From Neocallimastix sp. 'constans' (Eukaryota), in contig JBODTK010000015.1 of the NCBI GenBank assembly GCA_050613775.1, positions 620,001 to 684,000 of the forward strand: a stretch of DNA of 64,000 nucleotides, written 5' to 3'. Below the pieces are notes generated by a model that was not told where the DNA came from, searched no databases, and was given only the letters and a program-made list of their open reading frames with translations. The position numbers and the translations under genes were made by a program. Each line of letters opens with the position of its first letter. Within the stretch, counting starts at the first letter, position 1. Of this stretch, positions 1 to 13,905 are shown piece after piece.

Positions 1-3000
1 GAGAATGAAGAAGAAGAAGAGAATGAAGAGGAAGAAGAAGAAGAAAATGAAGAAGAAAAAAAAGAAGAGGAAGAAAATGAAGAAGAAGAAGAAGAGGAAG
101 AAAATGATGAGGAAGAAAATGAGGAAGAAGAAGAAGAAGAAGAAGAAAATGAGGAAGAAGAAAATGAAGAAGAAGAAGAAGAAATTGAAGAGAATGAAGA
201 AGAAGAAGAGAATGAAGAAGAAGAAGAGAATGAAGAGGAAGAAGAAGAAGAAAATAAAGAAGAAGAAGTAGAAAATGAAGAAGAAGAAGCTGTTGAAGAA
301 GAAGAAGAAGAAACTGTTGAAGAAGAAGAAGAAAAAGAAGAAGAAGAAGAAAATGATGAAGAAGAAAATGAAGAAGAAAATGAAGAAGAAGAAGAAGAAG
401 AGAATGAGGAAGAAAATGAAGAGGAAGAAGAAAATGAGGAAGAAGTGAATGAAGAAGAAAATGAAGAAGAAGAAGAAGAAGAGAATGATGAAGAAGAAAA
501 TGAAGAAGAAGAAGAAGAAGAGAATGATGAAGAAGAAAATGAAGAAGAAGAAGAAGAAGAAGAGAATGATGAAGAAGAAAATGAAGAAAAAGAAGAAGAA
601 GAGAATGATGAAGAAGAAGAAGAAGAAGAAGAGAATGAAGAGGTAGAAGAAGAGAATGAGGAAGAAGAAGAAGAAAATGAGGAAGTAGAAGAAGAGAATG
701 AGGAAGAAGAAGAAGAAAATGATGAAGAAGAAAATGAAGAAGAAGAAGAAGAAGAGAATGAAAAGGAAGAAGAAGAAGAAAATGAAGAAGAAAATGATGA
801 GGAAGAAAATGAGGAAGAAGAAGAGAATGAAGAAGAAGAAGAAGAAGAAGAAAATGAAGAAGAAAATGAAGAAGAAGAAGAAGAAGAGAATGAAAAGGAA
901 GAAGAAGAAGAGAATGAGGAAGAAAATGATGAAGAAGAAAATGAGGAAGACAATGAAGAAGAAAATGAAGAAGAAAATGATGAAGAAGAAAATGAAGAAG
1001 AAGAAGAAGAAAATGAAGAGAATGAAGAAGAAGAAGAGAATGAAGAGGAAGAAGAAGAAGAAAATGAAGAAGAAGAAGCTGTTGAAGAAGAAGAAGAAGA
1101 AACTGTTGAAGAAGAAGAAGAAAATGAAGAAGAAGAAAATGAGGAAGAAGAAGAAGAGAATGAGGAAGAAGAAGAAGAAAATGATGAGGAAAATGAAGAA
1201 GAAGAAAAAGAGAATGAAGAAGAAAATGATGAGGAAGAAAATGAAGAAGAAGAAGAGAATGAAGAGGAAGAAGAAGAAGAAAATGAAGAAGAAGAGTGTG
1301 TTGGTTGTAATGAAGAAGAAGAGAATGAAGAAGAAGAAAATGAAGAAGAAGAAGAAGAAAATGAGAAAGAAGAAAATGAAGAAGTAAAAGAAGAAAATGA
1401 AGAAGAGAATGAAGAGGAAGAAGAAGAAAATGAAGAAGAAAATGAAGAAGAAAATGAAGAAGAAGAAAATATTGAAGAAGAGTGTGCTGGTTGTAATGAA
1501 GAAGAAAATGAAGAAGAAGAAGAAGAAGAGAATGATGAAGAAGAGAATGATGAAGAAGAAAATGATGAAGAAGAAAATGAAGAAGAAGTAATTGAAACGG
1601 AAGAAAGAGATATTGAAGGAGAAGAAGAAAATGATAAAGAAGAAAATGATGAAGAAGAAGAAGAAGAAGAAGAAAATAAAGAAGAAGAAGAAGAAGAAGA
1701 AGAGAATAAGGAAGAAGAAGAAGAGAATGATGAAGAAGAAAATGATGAAGAAGAAGAAGAGAATGAAGAAGAAGAAGAAAATGAAGAAGAAGAAGAACAA
1801 GAGAATGAAGAGGAAGAAGAAGAAGAAGAAGAAAATGAAGAAGAAGAAGAAGAAGAAGAAAATGAAGAAGAAGAAGCTGTTGAAGAAGAAGAAGAAGAAA
1901 CTGTTGAAGAAGAAGAAGAAAATGAGGAAGAAGAAAATGAAGAAGAGAATGAAGAAGAAGAAGAAGAAGAGAATGAGGAAGAAAATGAAGAGGAAGAAGA
2001 GAATGAGGAAGAAGTGAATGAAGAAGAAAATGAAGAAGAAGAAGAAGAAGAGAATGATGAAGAAGAAAATGAAGAAGAAGAAGAAGAACAAGAGAATGAA
2101 GAGGAGGAAGAAGAAGAACAAGAGAATGAAGAAGAAGAAGAAGAGAATGAAGAAGAAGAAGAAGAAAATGAGGAAGAAGAAAATGAAGAAGAAGAAGCTG
2201 TTGAAGAAGAAGAAGAAGAAGAAGAGGAAGAAAATGATGAGGAAGAAAATGAGGAAAAAGAAGAAGAAGAAAACGAAGAAGAAGAAGAAGAAAATGAGAA
2301 AGAAGAAAATGAAGAAGAAGAAAAAGAAATTGAAGAGAATGAAGAAGAAGAAGAAAATGAAGAAGAAAATGAGGAAGAAGAAAATGAAGAAGAAGAAGAA
2401 AAAAATGAAGAGAATGAAGAAGAAGAAGAGAATGAAGAGGAAGAAAATGAAGAAGAAAAGTGTGTTGGTTGTAATGAAGAAGAAGAAGAAGAAATGAATG
2501 AGGAAGAAGAAGAAGAAAATGAAGAAGAAGAGAATGAAGAAGAAGAAAATGAAGAAGAAGAAGAAGAAAATGAGAAAGAAGAAAATGATGAAGAAGAAGA
2601 AGAAGAAGAGAATGAAGAAGAAGAGAATGAAGAAGAAGAAGAAAATGAGGAAGAAGAAAATGAAGAAGAAGAAAATGAAGAAGAAGAAGAAGAGAATGAA
2701 GAAGAAGAGAATGAAGAAGAAGAAGAAAATGAGGAAGAAGAAAATGAAGAAGAAGAAGCTGTTGAAGAAGAAGAAGAAGAAGAAGAGGAAGAAAATGATG
2801 AGGAAGAAAATGAGGAAGAAGAAGAAGAAGAAAACGAAGAAGAAGAAGAAGAAAATGAGAAAGAAGAAAATGAAGAAGAAGAAAAAAATGAAGAAAATGA
2901 AGAAGAAGAAGAAAATGAAGAAGAAAATGAAGAAGAAGAAGAAAATGAGGAAGAAGAAAATGAAGAAGAAGAAAAAAATGAAGAGAATGAAGAAGAAGAA

Positions 3001-6000
3001 GAGAATGAAGAGGAAGAAAATGAAGAAGAAGAGTGTGTTGGTTGTAATGAAGAAGAAGAGAATGAAGAAGAAGAGGAAAATGAGGAAGAAGAGAATGAAG
3101 AAGAAGAAAATGAAGAAGAAGAAGAAGAAAATGAGAAAGAAGAAAATGAAGAAGTAAAAGAAGAAAATGAAGAAGAGAATGAAGAGGAAGAAAATGAAGA
3201 AGAAAATGAAGAAGAAGAAAATATTGAAGAAGAAGAGTGTGCTGGTTGTAATGAAGAAGAAGAAAATGATGAAGAAGAAAATGAAGAAGAAGCAATTGAA
3301 GCGGAAGAAAGAGATATTGAAGGAGAAGAAGAAAATGAGGAAGAAGAAGAAGAAGAAGAAGTGAAAGAGGAAGAAGAGAATGAAGAAGAAGAAGAAAATG
3401 AAGAAGAAGAAGAAGAAGAAGAAGAAGAAAATGAAGAAGAGAATGAAGAGGAAGAAGAAGTAGAAAATGAAGAGGAAGAAGAAGTAGAAAATGAAGAGGA
3501 AGAAGAAGTAGAAAATGAAAAGGAAGAAAATGAAGAAGAAGAAGAAGAAGAGGAAGAAAATGATGAGGAAGAAAATGAGAAAGAAGAAGAAGAAGAAGAA
3601 GAAAATGAGGAAGAAGAAAATGAAGAAGAAGAAGAGAATGAGGAAGAAGAAGAAGAAAATGAAGAAGAAGAAGAAGAAAATGAAGAGAATGAAGAAGAAG
3701 AAGAGAATGAAGAGGAAGAAGAAGAAGAAAATGAAGAAGAAAAAAAAGAAGAGGAAGAAAATGAAGAAGAAGAAGAAGAGGAAGAAAATGATGAGGAAGA
3801 AAATGAGGAAGAAGAAGAAGAAGAAGAAAATGAGGAAGAAGAAAATGAAGAAGAAGAAGAAGAAAATGAAGAAGAAGAAGAAGAAATTGAAGAGAATGAA
3901 GAAGAAGAAGAGAATGAAGAAGAAGAAGAGAATGAAGAGGAAGAAGAAGAAGAAAATAAAGAAGAAGAAGTAGAAAATGAAGAAGAAGAAGCTGTTGAAG
4001 AAGAAGAAGAAGAAACTGTTGAAGAAGAAGAAGAAAAAGAAGAAGAAGAAGAAAATGATGAAGAAGAAAATGAAGAAGAAAATGAAGAAGAAGAAGAAGA
4101 AGAGAATGAGGAAGAAAATGAAGAGGAAGAAGAAAATGAGGAAGAAGTGAATGAAGAAGAAAATGAAGAAGAAGAAGAAGAAGAGAATGATGAAGAAGAA
4201 AATGAAGAAGAAGAAGAAGAAGAAGAGAATGATGAAGAAGAAGAAGAAGAAGAAGAGAATGAAGAGGTAGAAAAAGAGAATGAGGAAGAAGAAGAAGAAA
4301 ATGAGGAAGTAGAAGAAGAGAATGAGGAAGAAGAAGAAGAAAATGAGGAAGTAGAAGAAGAGAATGAAGAAGAAGAAGAAAATGAGGAAGAAGAAGAAGA
4401 AAATGAAGAAGAAGAAGAAAATGAGGAAGAAAAAGAACAAGAGAATGAAGAGGAAGAAGAAGAAGAAGAAGAAAATGAAGAAGAAGAAGAAGAACAAGAG
4501 AATGAAGAGGAGGAAGAAGAAGAACAAGAGAATGAAGAAGAAGAAGAAGAGAATGAAGAAGAAGAAGAAGAAAATGAGGAAGAAGAAAATGAAGAAGAAG
4601 AAAATGAGGAAGAAGAAAATGAAGAAGAAGAAGAAGAGAATGAGGAAGAAGAAGAAGAAAATGAAGAAGAAGAAGAAGAAGAAGAAGAAAATGATAAAGA
4701 AGAAAATGAAAAAGAAGAAAATGAAAAAGAAGAAGAAGAGAATGAGGAAGAAAATGATGAAGAAGAAAATGAGGAAGACAATGAAGAAGAAAATGAAGAA
4801 GAAAATGATGAAGAAGAAAATGAGGAAGAAGAAGAAGAAAATGAAGAAGAAGAAGAAGAAGAAGAAGAAAATGATAAAGAAGAAAATGAAAAAGAAGAAG
4901 AAGAGAATGAGGAAGAAAATGATGAAGAAGAAAATGAGGAAGACAATGAAGAAGAAAATGAAGAAGAAAATGATGAAGAAGAAAATGAGGAAGAAGAAGA
5001 AGAGAATGAAGAAGAAGAAGAAGAAGAAGAAGAAAATGATAAAGAAGAAAATGAAAAAGAAAAAGAAGAGAATGAGGAAGAAAATGATGAAGAAGAAAAT
5101 GAGGAAGACAATGAAGAAGAAAATGAAGAAGAAAATGATGAAGAAGAAAATGAGGAAGAAGAAGAAGAGAATGAAGAAGAAGAAGAAGAGAATGAAGAAG
5201 AAGAAGAAAATGAGGAAGAAGAAGAAGAAAATGAAGAAGAAGAAGAAGAAAATGAAGAAGAAGAAGAAGAGAATAACGATGGAGAAGAAGAAAATAATGG
5301 TGAAGAAGAAACACCACGTGAATTTACAATTACTACTACTAATGTAATTGATAGTACTACTGCTACTGACTCACAATCTGCTACTGTAACTGGTAGTGCT
5401 ACTGCTACTGACTCTCAATCTGCTACTGCTACTGACTCTCAATCTGCTACTGTAACTGACTCACAATCTGCTACTGTAACTGACTCACAATCTGCTACTG
5501 CTTCTGACTCTCAATATGCTACTGTAACTGGTAGTTCTACTGCTACTGACTCTCAATCTGCTACTGTAACTGACTCACAATCTGCTACTTCTACTGACTC
5601 TCAATATGCTACTGTAACTGGTAGTTCTACTGCTACTGACTCTCAATCTGCTACTGTAACTGACTCACAATCTGCTACTGTAACTGACTCACAATCTGCT
5701 ACTGCTACTGACTCACAATCTGCTACTGTAACTGGTAGTTCTACTGCTACTGACTCTCAATCTGCTACTGTAACTGACTCACAATCTGCTACTTCTACTG
5801 ACTCTCAATCTGCTACTGTAACAGACTCACAATCTGTTACTGCTACTGACTCACAATCTGCTACTGCTACTGTGACTACTACTACAAATAAAACTCAAAC
5901 TAGTACGAAAACTAGTACTTCAAGAGAAACGAATAACAATACTGATAAATGTGGTGAAGGATATGGTAAATGTGCTGAAGGATACTGTTGTAGTAAGTAC

Positions 6001-7308
6001 GGATGGTGTGGAAAGAGTGAGAAGTACTGTGATGTAAACCAAGGATGTCAATCCAAATATGGAAAATGTAATGGTATAGTTGAAGATGATGAAATATCTG
6101 ATGACGATGATGAAATTACTGGAGCCCCAGTTGAAGATGATAATGAATCTGAAGATGATGAAGAAAGTCCAAAGACTGCAAAAGTATCTGAAAATGATAG
6201 ATGCGGTAAAGGATTCGGAGTTTGTAAGAAGGGATATTGTTGTAGTAAGTACGGATGGTGTGGAAAGAGTGAAAAGTACTGTGATGTAAACCAAGGATGT
6301 CAATCTGAATTTGGTGAATGTAATAAAAACAACGGAAATGGAAAGCAATCTGATGCCGAAATTGCCGAAATTCCAACTGAAGATGATAATGAATCTGAAG
6401 ATGATGAAGAAAGTCCAAAGACTGCAAAGATGTCTGAAAATGATAGATGCGGTAAAGGATTCGGAGTTTGTAAGAAGGGATATTGTTGTAGTAAGCACGG
6501 ATGGTGTGGAAAGAGTGAAAAGTACTGTGATGTAAACCAAGGATGTCAATCTGAATTTGGTGAATGTAATAAAAACAACGGAAATGGAAAGCAATCTGAT
6601 GCCGAAATTGCCGGAATTCCAACTGGAGACGATAATGAATCTGAAGATGATGAAGAAAGTCTAAAGACTGCAAAGGTATCTGAAAATGATAGATGCGGTA
6701 AAGGATTCGGAGTTTGTAAGAAGGGATATTGTTGTAGTAAGTACGGATGGTGTGGAAAGAGTGAAGTGTACTGTGATGTAAACCAGGGATGTCAATCCGA
6801 ATTTGGTCAATGTAATAGTACAGGAAAAACTGAAGGAAGTACTGATAGATGTGGTAAAGGATATGGTAAATGTGCAAAGGGATACTGTTGTAGTAAGTAT
6901 GGTTGGTGTGGAAAGAGTCAAAAATACTGTGATGTAAACCAAGGATGTCAATCTGAATTTGGAAAATGTAATGAAGTTATTAATACTAATGGAAGATGTG
7001 GTAGTAAGTATGGTAAATGTCCAGAAGGTGAATGTTGTAGTAAATATGGTTGGTGTGGAATTTCTAGTAAATACTGTAATATAAGTGAAGGTTGTCAATC
7101 AGAATTTGGAAACTGCAAAACTAAGAAGACTATTACTGAGACCACCACTATGAGAACTATTAGAAAATCTTTAAATGGAAAATGTGGTGAAAAGTATGGC
7201 AAATGTCTTCATGGTGAATGCTGTAGTAAGTATGGTTACTGTGGTACTTCCAAAAAGTACTGTGAAAAGAGTTCTGGATGTCAATCCAATTATGGTACAT
7301 GTTGGTAA
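1..7308 (+). CDS. Giant Glu/Asn-rich low-complexity protein with Ser/Thr-rich linker and seven C-terminal CBM18 (hevein-like) chitin-binding domains; 5' end lies upstream of the window
   Basis: Frame 1 is open from base 1 to TAA at 7306-7308, so the GTG at 445 is not a true start. Poly-Glu runs to ~5310 and TDSQSAT(V/A) repeats span ~5350-5880. Seven CG-x4-C-x4-CCSK(Y/H)G(W/Y)CG-x5-C-x5-CQS-x-(F/Y)G-x-C modules follow. Confidence 0.9.
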   Translation, partial: ENEEEEENEEEEEEENEEEKKEEEENEEEEEEEENDEEENEEEEEEEEENEEEENEEEEEEIEENEEEEENEEEEENEEEEEEENKEEEVENEEEEAVEEEEEETVEEEEEKEEEEENDEEENEEENEEEEEEENEEENEEEEENEEEVNEEENEEEEEEENDEEENEEEEEEENDEEENEEEEEEEENDEEENEEKEEEENDEEEEEEEENEEVEEENEEEEEENEEVEEENEEEEEENDEEENEEEEEEENEKEEEEENEEENDEEENEEEEENEEEEEEEENEEENEEEEEEENEKEEEEENEEENDEEENEEDNEEENEEENDEEENEEEEEENEENEEEEENEEEEEEENEEEEAVEEEEEETVEEEEENEEEENEEEEEENEEEEEENDEENEEEEKENEEENDEEENEEEEENEEEEEEENEEEECVGCNEEEENEEEENEEEEEENEKEENEEVKEENEEENEEEEEENEEENEEENEEEENIEEECAGCNEEENEEEEEEENDEEENDEEENDEEENEEEVIETEERDIEGEEENDKEENDEEEEEEEENKEEEEEEEENKEEEEENDEEENDEEEEENEEEEENEEEEEQENEEEEEEEEENEEEEEEEENEEEEAVEEEEEETVEEEEENEEEENEEENEEEEEEENEEENEEEEENEEEVNEEENEEEEEEENDEEENEEEEEEQENEEEEEEEQENEEEEEENEEEEEENEEEENEEEEAVEEEEEEEEEENDEEENEEKEEEENEEEEEENEKEENEEEEKEIEENEEEEENEEENEEEENEEEEEKNEENEEEEENEEEENEEEKCVGCNEEEEEEMNEEEEEENEEEENEEEENEEEEEENEKEENDEEEEEEENEEEENEEEEENEEEENEEEENEEEEEENEEEENEEEEENEEEENEEEEAVEEEEEEEEEENDEEENEEEEEEENEEEEEENEKEENEEEEKNEENEEEEENEEENEEEEENEEEENEEEEKNEENEEEEENEEEENEEEECVGCNEEEENEEEEENEEEENEEEENEEEEEENEKEENEEVKEENEEENEEEENEEENEEEENIEEEECAGCNEEEENDEEENEEEAIEAEERDIEGEEENEEEEEEEEVKEEEENEEEEENEEEEEEEEEENEEENEEEEEVENEEEEEVENEEEEEVENEKEENEEEEEEEEENDEEENEKEEEEEEENEEEENEEEEENEEEEEENEEEEEENEENEEEEENEEEEEEENEEEKKEEEENEEEEEEEENDEEENEEEEEEEENEEEENEEEEEENEEEEEEIEENEEEEENEEEEENEEEEEEENKEEEVENEEEEAVEEEEEETVEEEEEKEEEEENDEEENEEENEEEEEEENEEENEEEEENEEEVNEEENEEEEEEENDEEENEEEEEEEENDEEEEEEEENEEVEKENEEEEEENEEVEEENEEEEEENEEVEEENEEEEENEEEEEENEEEEENEEEKEQENEEEEEEEEENEEEEEEQENEEEEEEEQENEEEEEENEEEEEENEEEENEEEENEEEENEEEEEENEEEEEENEEEEEEEEENDKEENEKEENEKEEEENEEENDEEENEEDNEEENEEENDEEENEEEEEENEEEEEEEEENDKEENEKEEEENEEENDEEENEEDNEEENEEENDEEENEEEEEENEEEEEEEEENDKEENEKEKEENEEENDEEENEEDNEEENEEENDEEENEEEEEENEEEEEENEEEEENEEEEEENEEEEEENEEEEEENNDGEEENNGEEETPREFTITTTNVIDSTTATDSQSATVTGSATATDSQSATATDSQSATVTDSQSATVTDSQSATASDSQYATVTGSSTATDSQSATVTDSQSATSTDSQYATVTGSSTATDSQSATVTDSQSATVTDSQSATATDSQSATVTGSSTATDSQSATVTDSQSATSTDSQSATVTDSQSVTATDSQSATATVTTTTNKTQTSTKTSTSRETNNNTDKCGEGYGKCAEGYCCSKYGWCGKSEKYCDVNQGCQSKYGKCNGIVEDDEISDDDDEITGAPVEDDNESEDDEESPKTAKVSENDRCGKGFGVCKKGYCCSKYGWCGKSEKYCDVNQGCQSEFGECNKNNGNGKQSDAEIAEIPTEDDNESEDDEESPKTAKMSENDRCGKGFGVCKKGYCCSKHGWCGKSEKYCDVNQGCQSEFGECNKNNGNGKQSDAEIAGIPTGDDNESEDDEESLKTAKVSENDRCGKGFGVCKKGYCCSKYGWCGKSEVYCDVNQGCQSEFGQCNSTGKTEGSTDRCGKGYGKCAKGYCCSKYGWCGKSQKYCDVNQGCQSEFGKCNEVINTNGRCGSKYGKCPEGECCSKYGWCGISSKYCNISEGCQSEFGNCKTKKTITETTTMRTIRKSLNGKCGEKYGKCLHGECCSKYGYCGTSKKYCEKSSGCQSNYGTCW
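5350..5880 (+). repeat. 24-nt coding tandem repeat (TDSQSATV/A), mucin-like linker
   Basis: Repeated actgactc(a/t)caatctgctactg(ta/ct) units. Confidence 0.9.
6136..6815 (+). repeat. Three tandem 246-nt units, each an acidic linker plus one CBM18
   Basis: ga(t/c)gataatgaatctgaagat recurs at 6136, 6382 and 6628 with near-identical downstream sequence. Confidence 0.9.
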
Positions 7309-7397
7309 ATCTATTAATTAAAAAAAATAACATAAAATTTTAAAGTATATAAAAAAAAATATTATTACAGTTAATAGCCTTAATTCAAAATTCAAAA

Positions 7398-7465
<68 letters not shown>

Positions 7466-8301
7466 TTGGTGGTAAAATTTCAATTCATAATTAATCTATT
7501 ATTATAATTTTACATTTATTTAAAATTAAGTAATAAAAAAATTTTTTTTTTAAATTAATTAAATTTATCATTAACATTTTGAAATATATTATATGAATTA
7601 TTATAACTTTAAAAAAAGAAATATTAACTTATATAAAAATAGTTATTAGTAATTAATATTAAAATATTATAATTTATTAAGTGAAATAACTAATAAAATT
7701 ATAAAATTATAAAATTATTAAATTATAAAATTTTTTAATTTTGTATTATTGATCTTTATTTTTTTGTTTTGCTTTGTTTTGTGTACATTTTTTTTCTAAT
7801 TATAAATATTATAATTGTATTCAATTTACCATAATATTAATATATATATAATTATTTTTATTTTTATTTTTTTTTTTTTTTTTTTTTATTCAATGTATCT
7901 CTGTTTAAATATAAAACATATAATTAAATGATTAAATAAATTGATCCCTTTTCTTTTTTCTTTTTTCTTTTATTTATTTATGTACATTTTATAGTTTAGT
8001 TTAATTTAGTGATTGCTATCCATATATATTATTTATTTATTTACATATTTATACACGTTAACAATAATCTAATAAACCGTTTTTTTTTTTTTTTTTTATT
8101 AAAATTTTTAATTCTGATAAATAATATCAAAATAGAAAATAAAAATTTTTTAACAGCATTAGAAAAATAATTACATCAATTAAAACTAATAAAATATTAA
8201 TATAAATAAAATAATAAAAATAATTAAATGTTATAATATAATATTTTATAATAAATAAAATAATAATATATTTTATTTTATTAATGTATTTCTTTTTAAA
8301 T

Positions 8302-8341
<40 letters not shown>

Positions 8342-8672
8342 ATTTACATGTAAATTTCTTTAATTTTAAAATTTAAATATTTAAAGTTTTTTTTTTTTTT
8401 TTTCTTCTCATAGTACATATAATTATTATTAGTATTTCAGTAATTTATTTATTTACTTAAATTATGTTAAATTTATATAATGAAAAATATGAAAAAGATA
8501 GTAATTAAATGAGATATTATATCATATTACTTGTAATAAATAGTATAATATAATACATTGTATATAATTATTATTTTAATTCTAATTCTAATTTTTCCTT
8601 TTTTTTTTAAAAAAAAAATATTTATATATATATAATAATAAGATTTAATATATTTCTAAATTATTAATTTAT

Positions 8673-9963
<1,291 letters not shown>

Positions 9964-10378
9964 TTTTTTTTTTTTTATAAATATTTAACTAAATTTTAAT
10001 AATAAAATACAAAATAAAATATTTAATAATAATTTAAAAAGAAAAAATAAGATTAAAAAAAAATATTATTCAATAATATAAAATAAAATTATTATTAATT
10101 AAAAATTTTTATTTTATCCTATATCTCTAATTAAAATATTATTTTACCTTTTAATTAAATAAATTTATGTTGATTTATAATAAATAAAATATATATATAA
10201 AAAAAAAAAAAAAAAAGAATGAAAATTCTTTTTATTTATAGTTCATAAATAAGATAATAATGATATATAATGATAATCAAAAAAAAAAAAAAAAAAAAAA
10301 AAAATTTTTTTCTATATTGACTAATAAATTATTATTTATTTATTTATTTATTATTTACTATTTATTAATATATTAATG

Positions 10379-11056
10379 TGTTAAATATCACAGTTATTTA
10401 TTTAATTACGTTGTACTTAATACTACATTATTAAATGTAAAATATTTTTATTGGATAATATAATATAGTGGTAGCATTAAATGTTATCAATAATGTTAGA
10501 CTACTATTGAAAATAATTATAAATAACATGTAATGGCATATTCTTAAATGAAGGTCTTTCTTAAAATAAAAGCAATAAAAAAACAATAAAATAAATAAAT
10601 AAACACATAATAAAATATAAATATCATTTCTGTTTTTAAGTATTATATTTAACCGATTATGAGTTTCAATGACTCAATAATTCATTAACATTGGTTAATA
10701 TCAAAATTCAATATATTAAAATATTAAACATTCATTAAATATTAAAATAAAGAAATATTAGCAGTTACATTAAAAATGACTAAATCAGAAAATGCAACAA
10801 CTACGGGAAAGTTCTTCAAAAAACCTCAATGAAAACAGCAAGACAACAAATGCATCAAGCACAACAATGAATGATGCTCCTGTTAAGGTAGAATCTCTAA
10901 ATATTTAAACAAATAATAATTAATTAAATTTCATATTCAAAACTTTAAAATTACAATTGAAAACTTTTATAAATGGTATTTAGACTTAAAACTATTCCTT
11001 TGATTATGAAGAATTGGGTGATTATATATCAATGAATATTAAATATATAAACATCA

Positions 11057-11107
<51 letters not shown>

Positions 11108-11529
11108 ATTTAAAATATGAAAGTACAGTTAGGATTATAATATTGAGCAGCCTCGACGAAATATACAAAAAGTCTATTAAATAATTGCACAAGTGCATAC
11201 TTAAATGATAAATGAATTACAAGAAAAATTTTCAGAAACAGGCCCATTCAAACTATTTGAAATTGAAATTGAAAATAAAGAAATTTAAAAATTGAAAAAA
11301 AAGATGACTTTTAAGCTGTATTTAGATAATCTTCACTCGTTATTTTACAGAATGTAATAACAAGGAAAAAAAATACCAAATAAACCAGAATAAAGTGAAG
11401 AAATAAAAAGCTTTATATATTTTAGATGAATTAAATAAAGTCGGTATTGCATATTCATTCACATTTTCTATATGCTGAAAAGACATTTAAAGATTTAAAA
11501 GAAGACATAACAAAACTAAGTACCATAAT

Positions 11530-11568
<39 letters not shown>

Positions 11569-11782
11569 TTAAAAGAGTAGAAATCAAAGAAGTATATCAG
11601 CCGGAAAGATCAAATTAACAGAATCCGAAATGGGAAACTTTCAAATATTTTCAATAAAAAAAAAAAAAAATTTCCTACTAAATACTGCCACTATTGTCAT
11701 AAAAATGGGCAAACTACTGATAATTGTCTTTTTAACTTAACAAATTTACCAAATAATAACTATAGGGGAAAAAAAGAAAAAC

Positions 11783-11834
<52 letters not shown>

Positions 11835-13158
11835 CAAGAAATAAAAATAAAAGAATATTTTTAAACAGGAAAGGTAGTGAAAGAAACTTTAAATAATATA
11901 ACGTTAATTATAAAAAAACATAACAATTCAGATTCAGATTCAGATTCCTTCGTTCGACTTCTGCTTCAATATAACAACTAATATTGAAAAAAATAATTTT
12001 AATAATAGTTCCAATAACTCTTAGGAACATAAAGGTATAAAAAAGTAAATGCAGAAATAGTAAAAGAAGAAAATAATAGTAAAGAAAGATGATAACAAAG
12101 AGTCATGGATCATGGATAGTGGAACAGGAATCAACTTATCTAAAAATACAAAAATACTATCAAACATTGAAGAAGTTTCTAATAGAGGGATTACATACCC
12201 AAATAGACAATCCGATAGAATATACAAAAAGGATATGTACAAAAGAATGTATAAAAATAATTATTTTTCTATTGGAGAAGTGTTTTATGCCCTAAAACTT
12301 ACAAAATAATTTAATTTCCACTGACATTACCTTTGTGAAAAAAGGCTTTAAATTTGTAATGGAAATGTGAAATAATAAAGAAAGACTCCAAATTTTTAAA
12401 AAATAATAAACTAATGACGACCATCTATACAAATGATGAAAACCTTTTTTTACTTTAAATACAAGCCCAATAAAAGATATTGATAATAATATAAATAATG
12501 TAGATTTAAAACTATGGCATGCTAAATTAGGTCACTATAACAATCAAAATGTTTAAAAAAAAATTTTTTTTTTGAAAACAACAACATTAAGGAAGAAAAG
12601 AATGATAATATAAATTGTGAAGATTGCAAAATTAGTTAACTCAAGAAAAAAAAAAAAAAAAAAAACCATTCGACAAAACAACCAACAAAGGTACTTCACC
12701 ATTACAAATCGTGTATTTCGATATCGTCGGCCCACTTAAGCCTTCCACCATCATTTAGTGGATACAAATATTATAATATAACATTTATTGATGACTACTA
12801 CCGTCGAAAAAGATGGATTTATTTACTGAAACATAAAATCTGCGACAGTACAGAAATTTATTGAGTTTCATAAACTTAATGAAAAAATACTTGAAATTAG
12901 AATACAAAGGAAGGTAATAATTCAAAACCAGATATTTTCTTTGGATATTCATCAGACTCCCCTGGTTATCGTGTCCTCAACATTACTTCAAAATCAATAA
13001 TTATAGTTAGTGATGTATACTTCAATAAAAGTACATATGACTCACTTAGTAAATTTTTTTTTCATACCTCAAATCATTCAGATAAATAAATTGAGGGGGA
13101 ACAGCATTTATATATAAATTTAATCAATCCATTTATCATAATGAATTTGAAATGAATG

Positions 13159-13204
<46 letters not shown>

Positions 13205-13905
13205 ATAATAAAGTTAATTTTGAAGATAATATAGATTTAATGGATGAATACAATAATGAAAACATGAAAACATGTTATATAATAATTCAGAAAAACAGAA
13301 AAATCAATAAAGATAAAATAAATGAAGATAAAATTAATGAAGTATTATATTAATGAAAATCAAAAGGAAATACTCAAAAATTCAAATATTGAAGAAAGTA
13401 TAAAAATGATATCAAATGAAAGCCATGCCAATATTCTACATGATAATAGAAAAAGTAAATAAGGCTATTTTTAATAGAAAGAACGATAATAATAGTATAA
13501 GCCGTATAAAAATCACAAAAAATAATTTTTTGAATAAAAATGTGAAAAAAAAAAATTTTATTAATAAAAATTTGAATAAAATTTTTTAAAATAATTTCAA
13601 ATTTAAGAATAAATAAAAAATTTCAAATCTTAATGTTAAATATCACAATGATGTGTTTAATTACATTGTACTTTATACTACATTTATAAAGTGTAAAATA
13701 TTTATATTCGATAATATAATACAGTGGTAATATTAAATGTTACTAATAATGTTAGATTACTTTAGAAAATAATTATAAATAACATGTAATGACATATTTT
13801 TAAATGAAGAAGGCCTTTCTTAAAGTAAAAACAATAAAAAGAAATAAAATAAATAAATAAACCCATAATAAAATATAAATATCATTTTAAGTATTATATT
13901 TAATA
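10379..13905 (+). mobile_element. Degenerate, internally deleted Ty1/copia LTR retrotransposon (gag, protease and integrase remnants; RT/RNase H not seen)
   Basis: Diverged direct LTRs at 10379-~10654 and 13634-~13905 both start TGTTAAATATCACA. PBS-like GATTATGAGTTTCA at 10655-10668. Zn knuckle YCHYCHKNGQTTDNC ~11683, protease WIMDSGTG ~12105, LWHAKLGH ~12510, TFIDDYY ~12781. Many stops and frameshifts. Confidence 0.85.

Noticed and set aside
5..5347. Many Lys/Met/Arg-rich ORFs on the plus strand
   Set aside because: They are alternate-frame readings of the GAA-rich Glu tract.
5920..7098. Minus-strand ORFs over the CBM18 region
   Set aside because: They are antisense to a clearly coding domain array.
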